From a bacterium (GTDB lineage: Bacteria; UBA8248; JACPRG01; G963555815): 64,000 nt of DNA. Location: positions 128,001 through 192,000 of the forward strand of contig CBDHDG010000006.1 of the NCBI GenBank assembly GCA_965261595.1, in the 5' to 3' direction. A program made the translations under genes and the position numbers. Each line of letters begins with the position of its first letter. Position 1 is the first letter of the stretch. The notes under the pieces are model-generated. The model was not told where the DNA came from and made no database searches. It saw only the letters and a list, made by a program, of their open reading frames with translations. Shown here in pieces: positions 62,285-64,000 of the stretch.

Positions 62285-63718
62285 ATGAACAAGAACCGGC
62301 AGGACAAGCTTCGCGCCCTTCCCTCCGTGGACGAGGTGCTCCAGGCCCTTCGCCGGATATCCCCGAACGGTCTCCCGGCCGAAACCGCAACGGATTGCGT
62401 CCGGGAGAGCTTGGCCAGCCTGCGCCGTCAAATTCTGGAAACGGACGACACCGAGGCCGCGGACGCCCTGGACATCACAACGGACGCCGTCGCCCGCCAC
62501 GCCCTCCTCGCGCTGGACCGGGCCCTCGCCCCCGGAATTCGCCGCGTGGTCAACGCCACCGGCGTCATCCTTCACACCAACCTCGGCCGCGCCCCCCTGG
62601 GCCGGGAGATTCTCGGCGAAGTCGCCGCCGCCGCCGCCGGGTACCTCAATCTCGAATACAACCTGGCGGACGGGAAGCGCGGAAAACGAGAGGCGCCCGT
62701 CGAGGGGCTGCTTCAGCGGCTCATCGGCGCGGAGGCCGCGGGCGTCGCCAACAACAACGCCGCCGCCGTCCTCCTCTGTCTCTCCGCCCTGGCGGCTGGA
62801 AAAGAAGTCGTCCTCTCCCGGGGGGAGCTGGTCGAGATCGGCGGGGGATTCCGCATCCCCGAGGTCATGCGACAGAGCGGCGCCTTGCTTCGCGAGGTCG
62901 GGACGACGAACAAGACCCGCTTCGAAGACTACGCCGGCGCCGTCGGTGAAAACACGGCCCTGCTCCTGAAGGTGCACACCAGCAACTACCGGATTCTCGG
63001 CTTCACCGAGGAGGTCTCCCTCCCCGACTTGGTCCGCCTGGGCCGGGAGCGAAACGTGCCGGTCATGGTGGACCTGGGCAGCGGCTGTCTCATCGACCTT
63101 CGCCGCCACCGGATGACCCCCGAGCCGACGCCGGCGGAGCTCTTGGCCCAGGGCGCCGATCTCGTCACTTTCAGCGGGGACAAGCTCCTCGGCGGCCCCC
63201 AGGCGGGCCTGTTCGCCGGCCGGCGCGAGATGGTCGAGCGGGCGCGCCGACATCCGTTGATGCGCGCCCTCCGGCTCGACAAGCTCTCCCTGGCCATCCT
63301 GGAACGAACGCTCCTCGCCCACCTCGACCCGGACTCCCTGCCCGAAAGGGTCCCCGCCATCGGGTTGCTGCTGGCGCCGGAGACCGAGGTGCGCGGCCGG
63401 GCGGAAGGGCTCCTGTCGCGCCTGTCCGACCCGGCCCGAGACCGGCTGCGCCCCGAGGTGATTGCCGGCGCCTCCCGGGCGGGCGGGGGGACGCTGCCGA
63501 CCGAAGAGATCCCCACCGCCTTGATCCGCCTTCCCCGGAACGCGCCCCGCGGCCTGAGTCCCGAAGAGATGGAAGGGCGGCTCCGGACGGGTGAGCCGCC
63601 CATCATCGGCCGGATCCAGGACGACGCGCTCCTGCTGGATCTTCGGACCGTCTTCCCGGACGAAGAGGCCCACGTCCAAACCGCCCTCGAGGCCCTGGCG
63701 CAAGAACCCGCCCCTTGA
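62285..63718 (+). CDS. selA: L-seryl-tRNA(Sec) selenium transferase
   Basis: [62 protein letters not shown]. Confidence 0.96.
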   Translation: MNKNRQDKLRALPSVDEVLQALRRISPNGLPAETATDCVRESLASLRRQILETDDTEAADALDITTDAVARHALLALDRALAPGIRRVVNATGVILHTNLGRAPLGREILGEVAAAAAGYLNLEYNLADGKRGKREAPVEGLLQRLIGAEAAGVANNNAAAVLLCLSALAAGKEVVLSRGELVEIGGGFRIPEVMRQSGALLREVGTTNKTRFEDYAGAVGENTALLLKVHTSNYRILGFTEEVSLPDLVRLGRERNVPVMVDLGSGCLIDLRRHRMTPEPTPAELLAQGADLVTFSGDKLLGGPQAGLFAGRREMVERARRHPLMRALRLDKLSLAILERTLLAHLDPDSLPERVPAIGLLLAPETEVRGRAEGLLSRLSDPARDRLRPEVIAGASRAGGGTLPTEEIPTALIRLPRNAPRGLSPEEMEGRLRTGEPPIIGRIQDDALLLDLRTVFPDEEAHVQTALEALAQEPAP

Positions 63719-63790
63719 AGGCGCCGCCGCCCCGTGTGGCCACCCGCCTTGAGCCCGCCCCGGGTCGCCACCCGTACGACGGAGAGTCCA

Positions 63791-64000
63791 TTGAAGCAAG
63801 TCGTCCTCGGAACCGCCGGCCACATCGACCACGGAAAGACCGCCCTCGTCAAGGCCCTCACCGGCGTGGACACCGACCGGTTGAAGGAGGAGAAGGAGCG
63901 CGGCATCACCATCGACCTCGGCTTCGCGTCCCTGGAGCTGCCGGGCGACATCCGGGTCGGCGTGATCGATGTCCCCGGCCACGAGCGCTTCGTCCGCAAC
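63791..64000 (+). CDS. selB: Selenocysteine-specific elongation factor, N-terminal part (truncated by the window edge)
   Basis: TTG start after a [53 protein letters not shown]...[11 protein letters not shown], directly after selA. Confidence 0.93.
   Translation, partial: MKQVVLGTAGHIDHGKTALVKALTGVDTDRLKEEKERGITIDLGFASLELPGDIRVGVIDVPGHERFVRN

Noticed and set aside
2010..63999. Many long antisense or alternate-frame ORFs (e.g. 2010..3542+, 14131..16029+, 22036..23898+, 36889..38772-, 47368..49101-, 62219..63982-)
   Set aside because: Shadow ORFs of high-GC coding sequence; they overlap well-supported genes and carry no family motifs.

Overview
High-GC bacterial chromosomal window; the taxon cannot be determined from the sequence alone. 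From left to right it holds: a partial UbiD decarboxylase; an HDAC-family deacylase; a Tat-exported ttrBCA/srdBCA-type molybdoenzyme operon with an upstream TGTGA-N6-TCACA operator; two divergent secreted Kelch propellers followed by a hidden selenoprotein thioredoxin (TlpA-like, UxxC, with a SECIS-like hairpin) and ccdA; a receiver-fused thioredoxin reductase with two cNMP-domain histidine kinases, one interrupted by an IS3-family element with a 4-bp target duplication; two catabolic clusters built from orphan Mo-hydroxylase large subunits, UbiD and amidohydrolase decarboxylases, SDRs, a TRAP transporter and ComDE-like ThDP enzymes; housekeeping-type genes (greA, LOG, trmB, a sigma-70 factor); an ABC/lipocalin system; a GTDC1/QTMAN-like glycosyltransferase; a cupredoxin-kinase-regulator triad; and selA plus the start of selB. 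Intergenic DNA carries several dispersed repeat families and one exact 207-bp tandem duplication. Many genes have single frameshifts or in-frame stops, consistent with an error-prone consensus, so pseudogene calls are provisional. No rRNA, tRNA, CRISPR array or reverse transcriptase was recognised.
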